Program-made: the position numbers and the translations under genes
Shown here: one piece after another, positions 8,100 to 13,996 of the stretch
How the letters are laid out: each line of letters opens with the position of its first letter
Numbering within the stretch: the first letter of the stretch is position 1
Source: a virus
Length of the DNA: 13,996 bases
Virus genome (UHGV): UHGV-0150765
Direction: 5' to 3' (one strand)
Notes under the pieces: model-generated
Database searches by the model: none
Told to the model about the DNA's origin: nothing
Seen by the model: the letters and a program-made list of their open reading frames with translations, nothing else

Positions 8100-8657
8100 T
8101 CACTTTGAAATCATAGTTGGAATGACAGAATCAAGATAAGTCTTTAGCGCAATAGCTTCGTCTTTGGTAAATGTGACAATATGTGATCGAAAATCGTCAA
8201 TTTGGCGAATAGTTAAGACATCTCCATCTTCATAACATTTTGATACGTTTAAAACAGTTTCATCATTCTGACTGCAAGCGTTAGTAATAATAGCATTGCA
8301 ATTTTTAAGCCATTTTAAACTATGTTTTCTTTCATTAGAATAATAAAAATATTTAATCTTATCTATAAAACTATCCCAATGGATAACTGATAAACACATT
8401 GACTCGCTTTCAATATTAAATCCTGGGCATGAAGAATAAAAATGAACTTTATTCTCATCATTGATGCTTACAATTTTATCAGTATAAGAATTTTCAATTT
8501 GGGTTAAATGAATAATTTCGTTAGGCGTAAAATATAGCATATCGTCTTCTTGTGTCAAACGATACATATTATTTACTTTTTCTATAGCCAATTCACCAAA
8601 AAGTGAACTAACTTCTAATACTAATCGTTTCATATTGATTCTCTTCGACTCACTCAC
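8100..8657 (-). CDS. hypothetical protein, 185 aa (or 177 aa from ATG 8633), paralog of 7572..8093
   Basis: GTG at 8657 has AAGGAG 9 nt upstream; an in-frame ATG at 8633 has only a weak SD. C-terminal FTKDEAIALKTYLDSVIPTM matches LSKSEAEAMIKYLTYVTPSM of the neighbour. Confidence 0.75.
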   Translation of the reverse strand: MSESKRINMKRLVLEVSSLFGELAIEKVNNMYRLTQEDDMLYFTPNEIIHLTQIENSYTDKIVSINDENKVHFYSSCPGFNIESESMCLSVIHWDSFIDKIKYFYYSNERKHSLKWLKNCNAIITNACSQNDETVLNVSKCYEDGDVLTIRQIDDFRSHIVTFTKDEAIALKTYLDSVIPTMISK

Positions 8658-8659
8658 AA

Positions 8660-8764
8660 TTACATACTCCTTTGAATAATATCAATAATGTTGTTCACCA
8701 GATTATAAGTAAACATTGGGTAATTATATTGAATCATCACATACACAACAAACAAAACTTTCAT
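8660..8764 (-). CDS. possible 34-aa hydrophobic leader peptide (MKVLFVVYVMIQYNYPMFTYNLVNNIIDIIQRSM)
   Basis: ATG at 8764-8762 has AAGGAG 6 nt upstream and sits just downstream of the early promoter at 8793..8822. Too short for the ORF track. Its stop overlaps the SD of the next gene. Confidence 0.25.
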   Translation of the reverse strand: MKVLFVVYVMIQYNYPMFTYNLVNNIIDIIQRSM

Positions 8765-8792
8765 TCTCTTCTCCTTAACAGTTGACAAGATT

Positions 8793-8822
8793 ACTATAAC
8801 ATAACCTTGCCAACTTGTAAAC
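8793..8822 (-). promoter_or_regulatory. T4-type early promoter for the 185/173/membrane/NTase operon
   Basis: Minus strand GTTTAC (8822-8817), 18-nt spacer, TATAGT (8798-8793), then AAGGAG 17 nt downstream. Confidence 0.6.
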
Positions 8823-8824
8823 CA

Positions 8825-8998
8825 TTAAATGGTGTTTTCAATAAAATTCTGAAGCTTTGTGTGAGCATCAACCATGATTTTCATTTCTTCCTTTGCGAAA
8901 GCTGTACCTCTTTCTCGAGCAGAATACTCATAGTCAGAAACTGCATTAGCATATTCTTCAATTAGCTTCATTAAAAACATCTGCTTTTCAGTTTTCAT
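8825..8998 (-). CDS. hypothetical small protein, 57 aa (MKTEKQMFLMKLIEEYANAVSDYEYSARERGTAFAKEEMKIMVDAHTKLQNFIENTI)
   Basis: Hand-translated; below the 60-aa track cutoff. ATG at 8998-8996 has the same GGTGGAATAATG context as the start at 9367. Fills an otherwise empty 160-bp gap. Confidence 0.45.
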   Translation of the reverse strand: MKTEKQMFLMKLIEEYANAVSDYEYSARERGTAFAKEEMKIMVDAHTKLQNFIENTI

Positions 8999-9182
8999 TA
9001 TTCCACCTAATCATTTCAAGATATTGAACTAACTTAGCTTTGGATTTGTCCAAATCCCTTTTAGCTGCTTCTATACCGTCGTATGAATATCCTTCACAAT
9101 GCTCAACTGCTAATTGATATGAATCTATTTCAATATCATGCGCTAATTTAATGATTTTTTCAAACTGTTCGCGTGTTAGCAT
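8988..9182 (-). CDS. hypothetical small protein, 64 aa
   Basis: ATG at 9182-9180. Tightly packed in a run of small early ORFs. Predicted helical. Confidence 0.6.
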   Translation of the reverse strand: MLTREQFEKIIKLAHDIEIDSYQLAVEHCEGYSYDGIEAAKRDLDKSKAKLVQYLEMIRWNNEN

Positions 9183-9184
9183 AC

Positions 9185-9367
9185 TTACACTCTCGTATTA
9201 TGATCGATAATTTCATCAAGAAACATATCTAACGCTTCTACAGCATTATCAACTTTAGCTTCAAATTCTTCAATACCTGATAAGGCAAAGTTAATGCGTT
9301 CCTCATCTGCTTTACGAATTAAAGCTACCAATTCCTTAATTTTATCCGCTTGTTCGATACTAATCAT
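9185..9367 (-). CDS. hypothetical small protein, 60 aa
   Basis: Track ORF starts at GTG 9403. The ATG at 9367-9365 has a GGTGG SD and shares one base with the upstream stop (TAATG), so that start is preferred. Confidence 0.6.
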   Translation of the reverse strand: MISIEQADKIKELVALIRKADEERINFALSGIEEFEAKVDNAVEALDMFLDEIIDHNTRV

Positions 9368-9555
9368 TATTCCACCACATATGAAAGAGAGAATATTGCA
9401 CACGCCATGTGAGTTGCAACTTCATCACACATATTATAACGTTTCTTAAGAAGTTCTACAAGTTCTTCACTAGTAACTTCATCCATGTCGACGAAAAAAT
9501 CACCATTAATGATGACGTAGATATTTCCTTCTTGATTAAGTGCTTCAATTTTCAT
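9367..9555 (-). CDS. hypothetical small protein, 62 aa, first gene after the early promoter
   Basis: ATG at 9555-9553 with GAGGAG SD 6 nt upstream. Promoter at 9584..9613. Confidence 0.65.
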
Positions 9556-9583
9556 GATGTTCTCCTCTTTATCCGATAGTTGT

Positions 9584-9613
9584 ATAGTACCACAGCTTAA
9601 ACGGAAAGTAAAC
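9584..9613 (-). promoter_or_regulatory. T4-type early promoter for the small-ORF run 9555..8825, with conserved downstream box
   Basis: Minus strand GTTTAC (9613-9608), 18-nt spacer, GTGGTACTATACAACTATC. Lies directly downstream of the terminator at 9622..9646. Confidence 0.7.
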
Positions 9614-9621
9614 CGGTAAAA

Positions 9622-9646
9622 TGAAAAAAGTCTCCCGAAGGAGACT
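9622..9646 (-). terminator. rho-independent terminator with UUCG tetraloop, after the rI.-1-like gene
   Basis: Minus-sense RNA: AGUCUCC-UUCG-GGAGACU (7-bp stem) followed by UUUUUUCA. Begins 5 nt after the stop codon. Confidence 0.8.
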
Positions 9647-9650
9647 AATG

Positions 9651-10037
9651 TTATTCGAGGGAAAGAAGATACTTACTCTGGTAAAACATTCCAGTAATAT
9701 CATCTATCGTGCTTTGGATGGCTGGAGGCATTTCTTTATAAATGCTGTTAGATTGGTCTAGTATGCGATCAATCATTTTAATTGTGTCGGTAGGAAGTTT
9801 ACTGGCATCTGGAATTGAAGGTGTGTATTTTCTACCAGAATACCCCAAATACTGCTCACCAAATTTATCAATCAAATTTGGCAACTCGGAAAAAATAAAA
9901 TCGTATGCTTTGTGTCTAGCATAACTTTTAGTTTCAAAATGCGCAGAATGAAAATAAGCTTGTGCAGCCATTAATAAACCTAAGTATTCATCTGCCTTTG
10001 AAGGTTTTCCACTTTGTGAAAAGTCGCTGAATTTCAT
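9651..10037 (-). CDS. hypothetical protein, 128 aa, in the position of T4 rI.-1
   Basis: ATG at 10037-10035 overlaps the rI stop (ATGA). A UUCG terminator follows at 9622..9646. No motif recognised. Confidence 0.7.
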
Positions 10038-10327
10038 TCAGTCTCCAATTTAATTTTCATAATTCTAGCGTATGATTGTGCCATCTCCGCGCCTCGCTCT
10101 ATACATTCAAAATCAGAAGAGCACGGGTCATTTTTATAGGTCGTTCTCATAAAACTATAGAATTGTTCAGACGATTCTACGCTTTTATTTTCAAAAAGCA
10201 TATAAACGTGCCTAATACCAGATTCCATAAATTTATCAAAATGAGGATCGACATTCGCTTCAATCGATGGAGATAAAACAAATGACAATCCTAGCATGGC
10301 AAATAGTGCCGTTGCTTTTAAGGCCAT
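10034..10327 (-). CDS. rI: lysis-inhibition regulator RI (antiholin), 97 aa
   Basis: MALKATALFAMLGLSFVLSPS... has an N-terminal signal-anchor and a periplasmic domain; length and sequence match my recollection of T4 RI. ATG at 10327 with AGGAGG SD. Lies next to tk as in T4. Confidence 0.85.
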   Translation of the reverse strand: MALKATALFAMLGLSFVLSPSIEANVDPHFDKFMESGIRHVYMLFENKSVESSEQFYSFMRTTYKNDPCSSDFECIERGAEMAQSYARIMKIKLETE

Positions 10328-10339
10328 AAAGGCCTCCTA

Positions 10340-10552
10340 TCATTTTTGTCCTGTATTTACTTTATGCCGATGCACGGCCTTAACTTTATCAAGGTATTTT
10401 TCAAAATTTCGCAATCTAGTATAGTCTGCCGGAGATTGGTTGAGTGATACTTCTCGACGCAAAGCTGAAATGATATTTCCAACTTCCCTACGAATTTCAT
10501 CTAATTGAAGCACAGTAAGATTGCGAAGTTGCTTTTCAGTTAATTGTAGCAT
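10340..10552 (-). CDS. hypothetical small protein, 70 aa, in the position of T4 rI.1
   Basis: ATG at 10552-10550. A TATAAATA late-promoter motif lies 25 nt upstream. Confidence 0.65.
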
Positions 10553-10577
10553 ATATACCCCTTTAGTTAGATAAACC

Positions 10578-10585
10578 TATTTATA
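10578..10585 (-). promoter_or_regulatory. T4 late-promoter motif TATAAATA upstream of the rI.1-like and rI genes
   Basis: Exact TATAAATA on the minus strand in the 42-bp tk/rI.1 gap, 25 nt upstream of the ATG at 10552. No other exact copy found on the sense strand by eye. Confidence 0.5.
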
Positions 10586-10594
10586 ACTTTTGCA

Positions 10595-11176
10595 CTAACC
10601 GAGCTTTTTAGTTAATTCATTCCAATGTTTTCTACACAAAGAAACATAAATTTCATCACCAATACAGATTTGATTACCTTCTTTAACTGGTGTTCCATCT
10701 TCCATTAATCGAGCTGTCATAATCGCTTTTTTACCACAATGACAAACTGCCTTTAGTTCAATAAGTTTATCTGCAATCGCTAAAAGTTCTTTAGAACCTT
10801 CAAACAATTTTCCAGCGAAATCAGTCCTTAATCCATAAGCCATAACAGGAACATTATATGTATCAACAATTCGGCTTAATTGATGCACCTGTTCAGTTTT
10901 TAAAAACTGTGCTTCATCTACAAATACACAATGAATATCTTTTTGTGCTTCAGCCCATTTATAGAACTCAAAAATATCCATATCATCCGTAATAATATTC
11001 GCTTCCTGTTTAATTCCAATGCGAGAAACGACTTCACAGACAGAATCGCGAGTATCAATAGCAGGCTTAAGAACTAATACACCCATTCCGCGTTCTTTAT
11101 AATTATGCGCAGCAGTCAAAAGAGAAGCAGATTTTCCAGCATTCATTGCTGCGTAAGTAAAAATTAAACTCGCCAT
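10595..11176 (-). CDS. tk: thymidine kinase, 193 aa
   Basis: P-loop AAMNAGKS near the N-terminus, Walker B-like VFVDEAQF, and a C-terminal zinc-binding Cys cluster (CHCGKK ... CIGDEIYVSLCRKH), as expected for type II thymidine kinase. ATG at 11176 with AAGGTGA SD. Confidence 0.93.
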   Translation of the reverse strand: MASLIFTYAAMNAGKSASLLTAAHNYKERGMGVLVLKPAIDTRDSVCEVVSRIGIKQEANIITDDMDIFEFYKWAEAQKDIHCVFVDEAQFLKTEQVHQLSRIVDTYNVPVMAYGLRTDFAGKLFEGSKELLAIADKLIELKAVCHCGKKAIMTARLMEDGTPVKEGNQICIGDEIYVSLCRKHWNELTKKLG

Positions 11177-11185
11177 ATCACCTTC

Positions 11186-11371
11186 TTAAAGCGTATTCAC
11201 ATAAGCTATTAATTCGTTTTCTTTCTTATCAAACCGATCAGCAAATTCTTCTTGCTGTTCGGGAGATAGCGGGCCATATTCATCATAAAAGGTGTTTGCT
11301 TCTGTATGCTCATCTAGAAGTTCATGGATAAGCTCAAACAATTTATCTTTTTGTTCTTTACTCAGACTCAT
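11186..11371 (-). CDS. hypothetical acidic small protein, 61 aa
   Basis: ATG at 11371-11369 overlaps the upstream stop (ATGA). Highly acidic (D/E-rich). Confidence 0.6.
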   Translation of the reverse strand: MSLSKEQKDKLFELIHELLDEHTEANTFYDEYGPLSPEQQEEFADRFDKKENELIAYVNTL

Positions 11372-11541
11372 ATATTAATTTCCAGGAGTTTTAAAATAAT
11401 TCGCTTTTGCTTAAATATTTCCATAGTTAAATGACCAGTATCTTTTTGACCGATTCCAATGGCAAAACCTTTATTGACAGCGAGTTCAATTAAATTATCA
11501 AGCTCACGTAACACTTCATATTGTAACTCAAAACTATTCAT
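11368..11541 (-). CDS. hypothetical small protein, 57 aa (MNSFELQYEVLRELDNLIELAVNKGFAIGIGQKDTGHLTMEIFKQKRIILKLLEINI)
   Basis: Hand-translated; not in the track. ATGA overlaps at both ends fill the gap between the flanking genes exactly. Confidence 0.5.
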   Translation of the reverse strand: MNSFELQYEVLRELDNLIELAVNKGFAIGIGQKDTGHLTMEIFKQKRIILKLLEINI

Positions 11542-11744
11542 TTTGGTTTACCTTCTTTAACGAAATCAGGATAAGGATAAAATCCTGAATAAAATCCTTC
11601 ACCTTTATGATTGATGCATCCTTTATTAGAACAATAGCACCAATAATCGAAATTACAAGCCATTTCATCGTTGCATAAAGCAAAAACAACCGGCCATTTA
11701 CACTTTTCACAGTGGGCATTTTTAAGAATACTAGTTTGGCTCAT
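11538..11744 (-). CDS. small Cys-rich protein, 68 aa, putative zinc-binding (CxxC, C, C, CxC, C)
   Basis: Seven Cys in MSQTSILKNAHCEKCKWPVVFALCNDEMACNFDYWCYCSNKGC. The ATG at 11744 is preferred over 11750 because AAGGTGA sits 7 nt upstream and it forms an ATGA overlap with the upstream gene. Confidence 0.65.
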   Translation of the reverse strand: MSQTSILKNAHCEKCKWPVVFALCNDEMACNFDYWCYCSNKGCINHKGEGFYSGFYPYPDFVKEGKPK

Positions 11745-11953
11745 AACCATGTCACCTTTAAGCAGTATTCTTCTACATGCTGTTTACGACCTTTCTTATC
11801 AATAAAGGTATATTCAACGAATGTTCCAATGTAGTCTTTATCTACATCATGTGGACTATTAATTGGACATTTAGTACGACAAATGCGTTCCCATTGACGA
11901 ATAATTACTGCCTTATTCTTTGGGTCATATGGATGTGGATAATGTATATTCAT
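11741..11953 (-). CDS. hypothetical small protein, 70 aa
   Basis: Track ORF starts at TTG. ATG at 11953-11951 overlaps the stop of the macro-domain gene (ATGA). Confidence 0.6.
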   Translation of the reverse strand: MNIHYPHPYDPKNKAVIIRQWERICRTKCPINSPHDVDKDYIGTFVEYTFIDKKGRKQHVEEYCLKVTWL

Positions 11954-12417
11954 AATAATGGTTCCCAATCAACAATCACAATTTCTAATTTAGAAGAATA
12001 TGTATCTAAAATATCTTCAATAATATCCCAGTTCCCTTTACCTATGCCTGCACCAATCCTAGGCATATAGATTGTAGGTTTAGTCAGTTTATTTTCACCA
12101 AACTCATTTAATTCTAACATACAATTCATTAAAGCGGAATACTCAAAATTTGGCCCTGGTTGAAATTGAGTATAAAGATTAAAGCAGTAAGCTTTATGAG
12201 TCCTAAAGTATTTTTCATAGACTGAGTAAGAACCGAGTTTAGTTACATCACCCCATTCAGTCTGTAATTTATCAGCTTCCAAAATTTTAGGGAAAGCTTT
12301 GGTTAATTGACCCGCTACGCCTGAACCCATAGTATGAAAACAATTGCATCCATGCGCAATATTTTTACCTTCAGCGAAAAGGGCGACAATATCGCCCTTG
12401 ATATATTTTACAATCAT
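11950..12417 (-). CDS. macro-domain protein (TARG1/Poa1p-like ADP-ribose binding or hydrolase fold), 155 aa
   Basis: IKGDIV ... IAHGCNCFHTMGSGVAGQL ... IYMPRIGAGIGKG matches the OARD1/Poa1p-type macro layout: an HxxxxC...MGAGIA-like motif plus a second glycine-rich loop. ATG at 12417 overlaps the upstream stop (ATGA). Confidence 0.7.
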   Translation of the reverse strand: MIVKYIKGDIVALFAEGKNIAHGCNCFHTMGSGVAGQLTKAFPKILEADKLQTEWGDVTKLGSYSVYEKYFRTHKAYCFNLYTQFQPGPNFEYSALMNCMLELNEFGENKLTKPTIYMPRIGAGIGKGNWDIIEDILDTYSSKLEIVIVDWEPLL

Positions 12418-12761
12418 CTAGTACTCAATCCTCGATTATAAGAATCTACCAAACGGTCAACCATTGAATGACAAGCGGCTTTATCTTTCTCCTCCGCAAC
12501 TGAGCATTCTAAGGTATTCCACTTTTTAGCATATCGTTTTAACAATGTATCGTTTTTGTATCTGCTTGATTTATCTCTTTCTCCGTCTTTATATGCATAT
12601 ATTAATTTCTGTGCAAATTCAGCTTGGCACGCTTTATTTTTCCCACAATAATCTGCCGCAGTGCGGTTTACATATTCTCTAATTTCAGTATATGATGTAT
12701 CTGCTGATGCAGAAGCAGAAAATGAAATTAATCCTATACATAAAACCAAAATTTTAGTCAT
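12414..12761 (-). CDS. small secreted protein with four Cys, 115 aa, in the position of T4 vs
   Basis: N-terminal MTKILVLCIGLISFSASASA is a typical Sec signal peptide (AxA site). Four Cys in the mature part. Start overlaps the transglycosylase gene by 8 nt. Confidence 0.65.
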   Translation of the reverse strand: MTKILVLCIGLISFSASASADTSYTEIREYVNRTAADYCGKNKACQAEFAQKLIYAYKDGERDKSSRYKNDTLLKRYAKKWNTLECSVAEEKDKAACHSMVDRLVDSYNRGLSTR

Positions 12762-13299
12762 TTACTATTTCCAAAAGTTTATTATTTTTAAGGTAATTAG
12801 CCTTTTCTAGGACTTCAGAAGCATATTTAGAACCAGCTTTAACATTCCATCCCGAATTATAAGAGGATATTGCTTTTCTTATATCGCCCTTATGTATATT
12901 TAACCAATAAGAAAGTTCAATGTACGCCCAGGAAGCTGAATTGGATCGTTTATTCAACATTCTTTTTATTTCAGCATCGGTCATATTATAACCAAGTTCC
13001 TTAACTCTCGCTCGCATAGTAGGCAAATAATTTTGGAACATTCCATAGGCGTGATGCTTTGGTTTAGATTTTAAATTAACTCCGCCAGAGCTTTCTTGCC
13101 ATAAAATGGCTGCCATTATATGACCTAATCCACTCTTGTGGATGTTTTTGTGTGTTTTATATTTTCCATCCTTAGAAAATTGTTCCCCGAATTGATACGC
13201 GTAACGCATGTTATCGAGTTGGACATTACTGAAAGTATGCTCGGAGCTATGTGCCATCATTGAAATGGCCAATAGACCAGCGAGTAGTGCTTTTCTCAT
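12754..13299 (-). CDS. periplasmic lytic transglycosylase-like (SLT domain) protein, 181 aa, in the position of T4 vs.1
   Basis: Signal peptide MRKALLAGLLAISMMAHS, then SLT motifs: catalytic QESSG (E-S), YGMFQ (GLMQ-like) and SYNSGWN (AYNxG-like). ATG at 13299 with GAGGT SD. Confidence 0.8.
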   Translation of the reverse strand: MRKALLAGLLAISMMAHSSEHTFSNVQLDNMRYAYQFGEQFSKDGKYKTHKNIHKSGLGHIMAAILWQESSGGVNLKSKPKHHAYGMFQNYLPTMRARVKELGYNMTDAEIKRMLNKRSNSASWAYIELSYWLNIHKGDIRKAISSYNSGWNVKAGSKYASEVLEKANYLKNNKLLEIVND

Positions 13300-13306
13300 G
13301 CTTACC

Positions 13307-13768
13307 TCATTGAGTTTTAATTACTGCTTTAGAAGCCTTTCCTGGTAAACGACGACTGTTAATAATTGCCATCCTACATTGAAGTGACGGGTCTTTGAAC
13401 TTCTCATTAGGTTTACAAACTGTAAATCCAAGCCAAAGATTTCCATCCGTGATTTCTAAACGTCCAGGACGATATTCAACCCCATCAATAAAATCCTCGT
13501 CAATGTCAGGACGCGGAGGCATACTCAAGAATTCATTAACTTCTAAAACATGGTCTTTTATTTTGTGGAATAATTCAAAAACATATGTCTCATCAATCTC
13601 CCGTTGAATTGCACGATCAAGAAGATGTTGAGAATATTTTAGATGAAACGATGAGACCCCTGCTGCTTTTGATGCCTCACGAATCTCATTGTTAATTTGA
13701 CGAAACTCCGACTCAAAGTGACGACGGAGCTTATTTCGACGGATAAAAACTTCTGTGTTGATAGTCAT
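13307..13768 (-). CDS. regB: RegB site-specific endoribonuclease, 153 aa
   Basis: Length and sequence (MTINTEVFIRRNKLRRHFESEFRQINNEIREA...) match my recollection of T4 RegB. Its own SD is GAGGAG, containing the GGAG that RegB cleaves. Early promoter immediately upstream. Confidence 0.88.
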   Translation of the reverse strand: MTINTEVFIRRNKLRRHFESEFRQINNEIREASKAAGVSSFHLKYSQHLLDRAIQREIDETYVFELFHKIKDHVLEVNEFLSMPPRPDIDEDFIDGVEYRPGRLEITDGNLWLGFTVCKPNEKFKDPSLQCRMAIINSRRLPGKASKAVIKTQ

Positions 13769-13795
13769 GTTATTCTCCTCTTAACTGATAGAAAA

Positions 13796-13825
13796 ATTAT
13801 ACCACAGTCAAGAGGAAAAGTAAAC
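13796..13825 (-). promoter_or_regulatory. T4-type early promoter for regB
   Basis: Minus strand GTTTAC (13825-13820), 18-nt spacer ending in TGG, TATAAT (13801-13796). Confidence 0.75.
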
Positions 13826-13827
13826 AG

Positions 13828-13996
13828 TCATTCTTTAAATCTAATCAATTTATTCATAGACTTTGAAACTTCTGCACGAACCTCATGTAGATTTTTAAGC
13901 TGTTCAAGACGCTGCGTATAGTAAGCAATTTCATCTTCTTCGAGACAGTCCTGTGAATCTTCTTTAAGATAACGCGCATAGTCCTGGAAATGTCTC
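13828..13996 (-). CDS. hypothetical protein, C-terminal fragment; N-terminus beyond the window end
   Basis: Open minus-strand frame from the window end to TGA at 13830-13828 (...[55 protein letters not shown]). The regB promoter overlaps its last codons. Confidence 0.5.
   Translation of the reverse strand, partial: RHFQDYARYLKEDSQDCLEEDEIAYYTQRLEQLKNLHEVRAEVSKSMNKLIRFKE

Noticed and set aside
4561-9592. Three copies of an 18-21-bp repeat (4561..4581, 6000..6020, 9575..9592), considered as possible CRISPR or attachment-site repeats
   Set aside because: Copies are kilobases apart, each sits at a fixed position inside an early promoter, and there are no regularly spaced spacers. They are promoter or cassette sequence, not a CRISPR array.
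1734-13921. Remaining plus-strand track ORFs (1734..1916, 4569..4757, 5577..5816, 6110..6340, 6971..7186, 7325..7537, 9742..9924, 10076..10276, 11777..12070, 13395..13607, 13697..13921)
   Set aside because: All are short, embedded antisense within well-supported minus-strand genes, and lack SD sequences. All promoters and terminators found are oriented for minus-strand transcription.
1-13996. tRNA genes, rRNA, integrase, transposase or homing endonuclease
   Set aside because: No cloverleaf-compatible GC-rich 70-90-nt segments and no ORF with HNH, GIY-YIG, LAGLIDADG or recombinase motifs were seen. A homing endonuclease might be expected in this neighbourhood by analogy with T4, but none is present.

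Overview
AT-rich 14-kb segment that reads as an early-gene region of a T4-like (T-even) phage; close identity to T4 itself is likely but rests on recall, not a search. Every credible gene is on the minus strand: 30 CDS (2 truncated by the window edges), tightly packed with ATGA-type stop/start overlaps. Punctuation is T4-style: six early promoters (GTTTAC-N18-TGn-TATAAT/TACTAT), one MotA-box middle promoter, one TATAAATA late promoter and two UUCG-tetraloop intrinsic terminators. Recognisable genes at the right end are regB, an SLT-type periplasmic transglycosylase, a small secreted protein, a macro-domain protein, thymidine kinase (tk) and rI with its small flanking ORFs. The left 9.5 kb looks accessory: a 4-gene coupled operon (two paralogs, a membrane protein, a pol-beta-type nucleotidyltransferase) closed by a terminator, a single-gene P-loop ATPase cassette, and an array of four diverged paralogs with coiled-coil C-termini. 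The operon and the paralog array are the best candidates for an undescribed system, but their function is inference only. No rRNA, tRNA, CRISPR array, transposase or homing endonuclease was seen. Plus-strand ORFs in the track are judged antisense artefacts. All coordinates include the stop codon.
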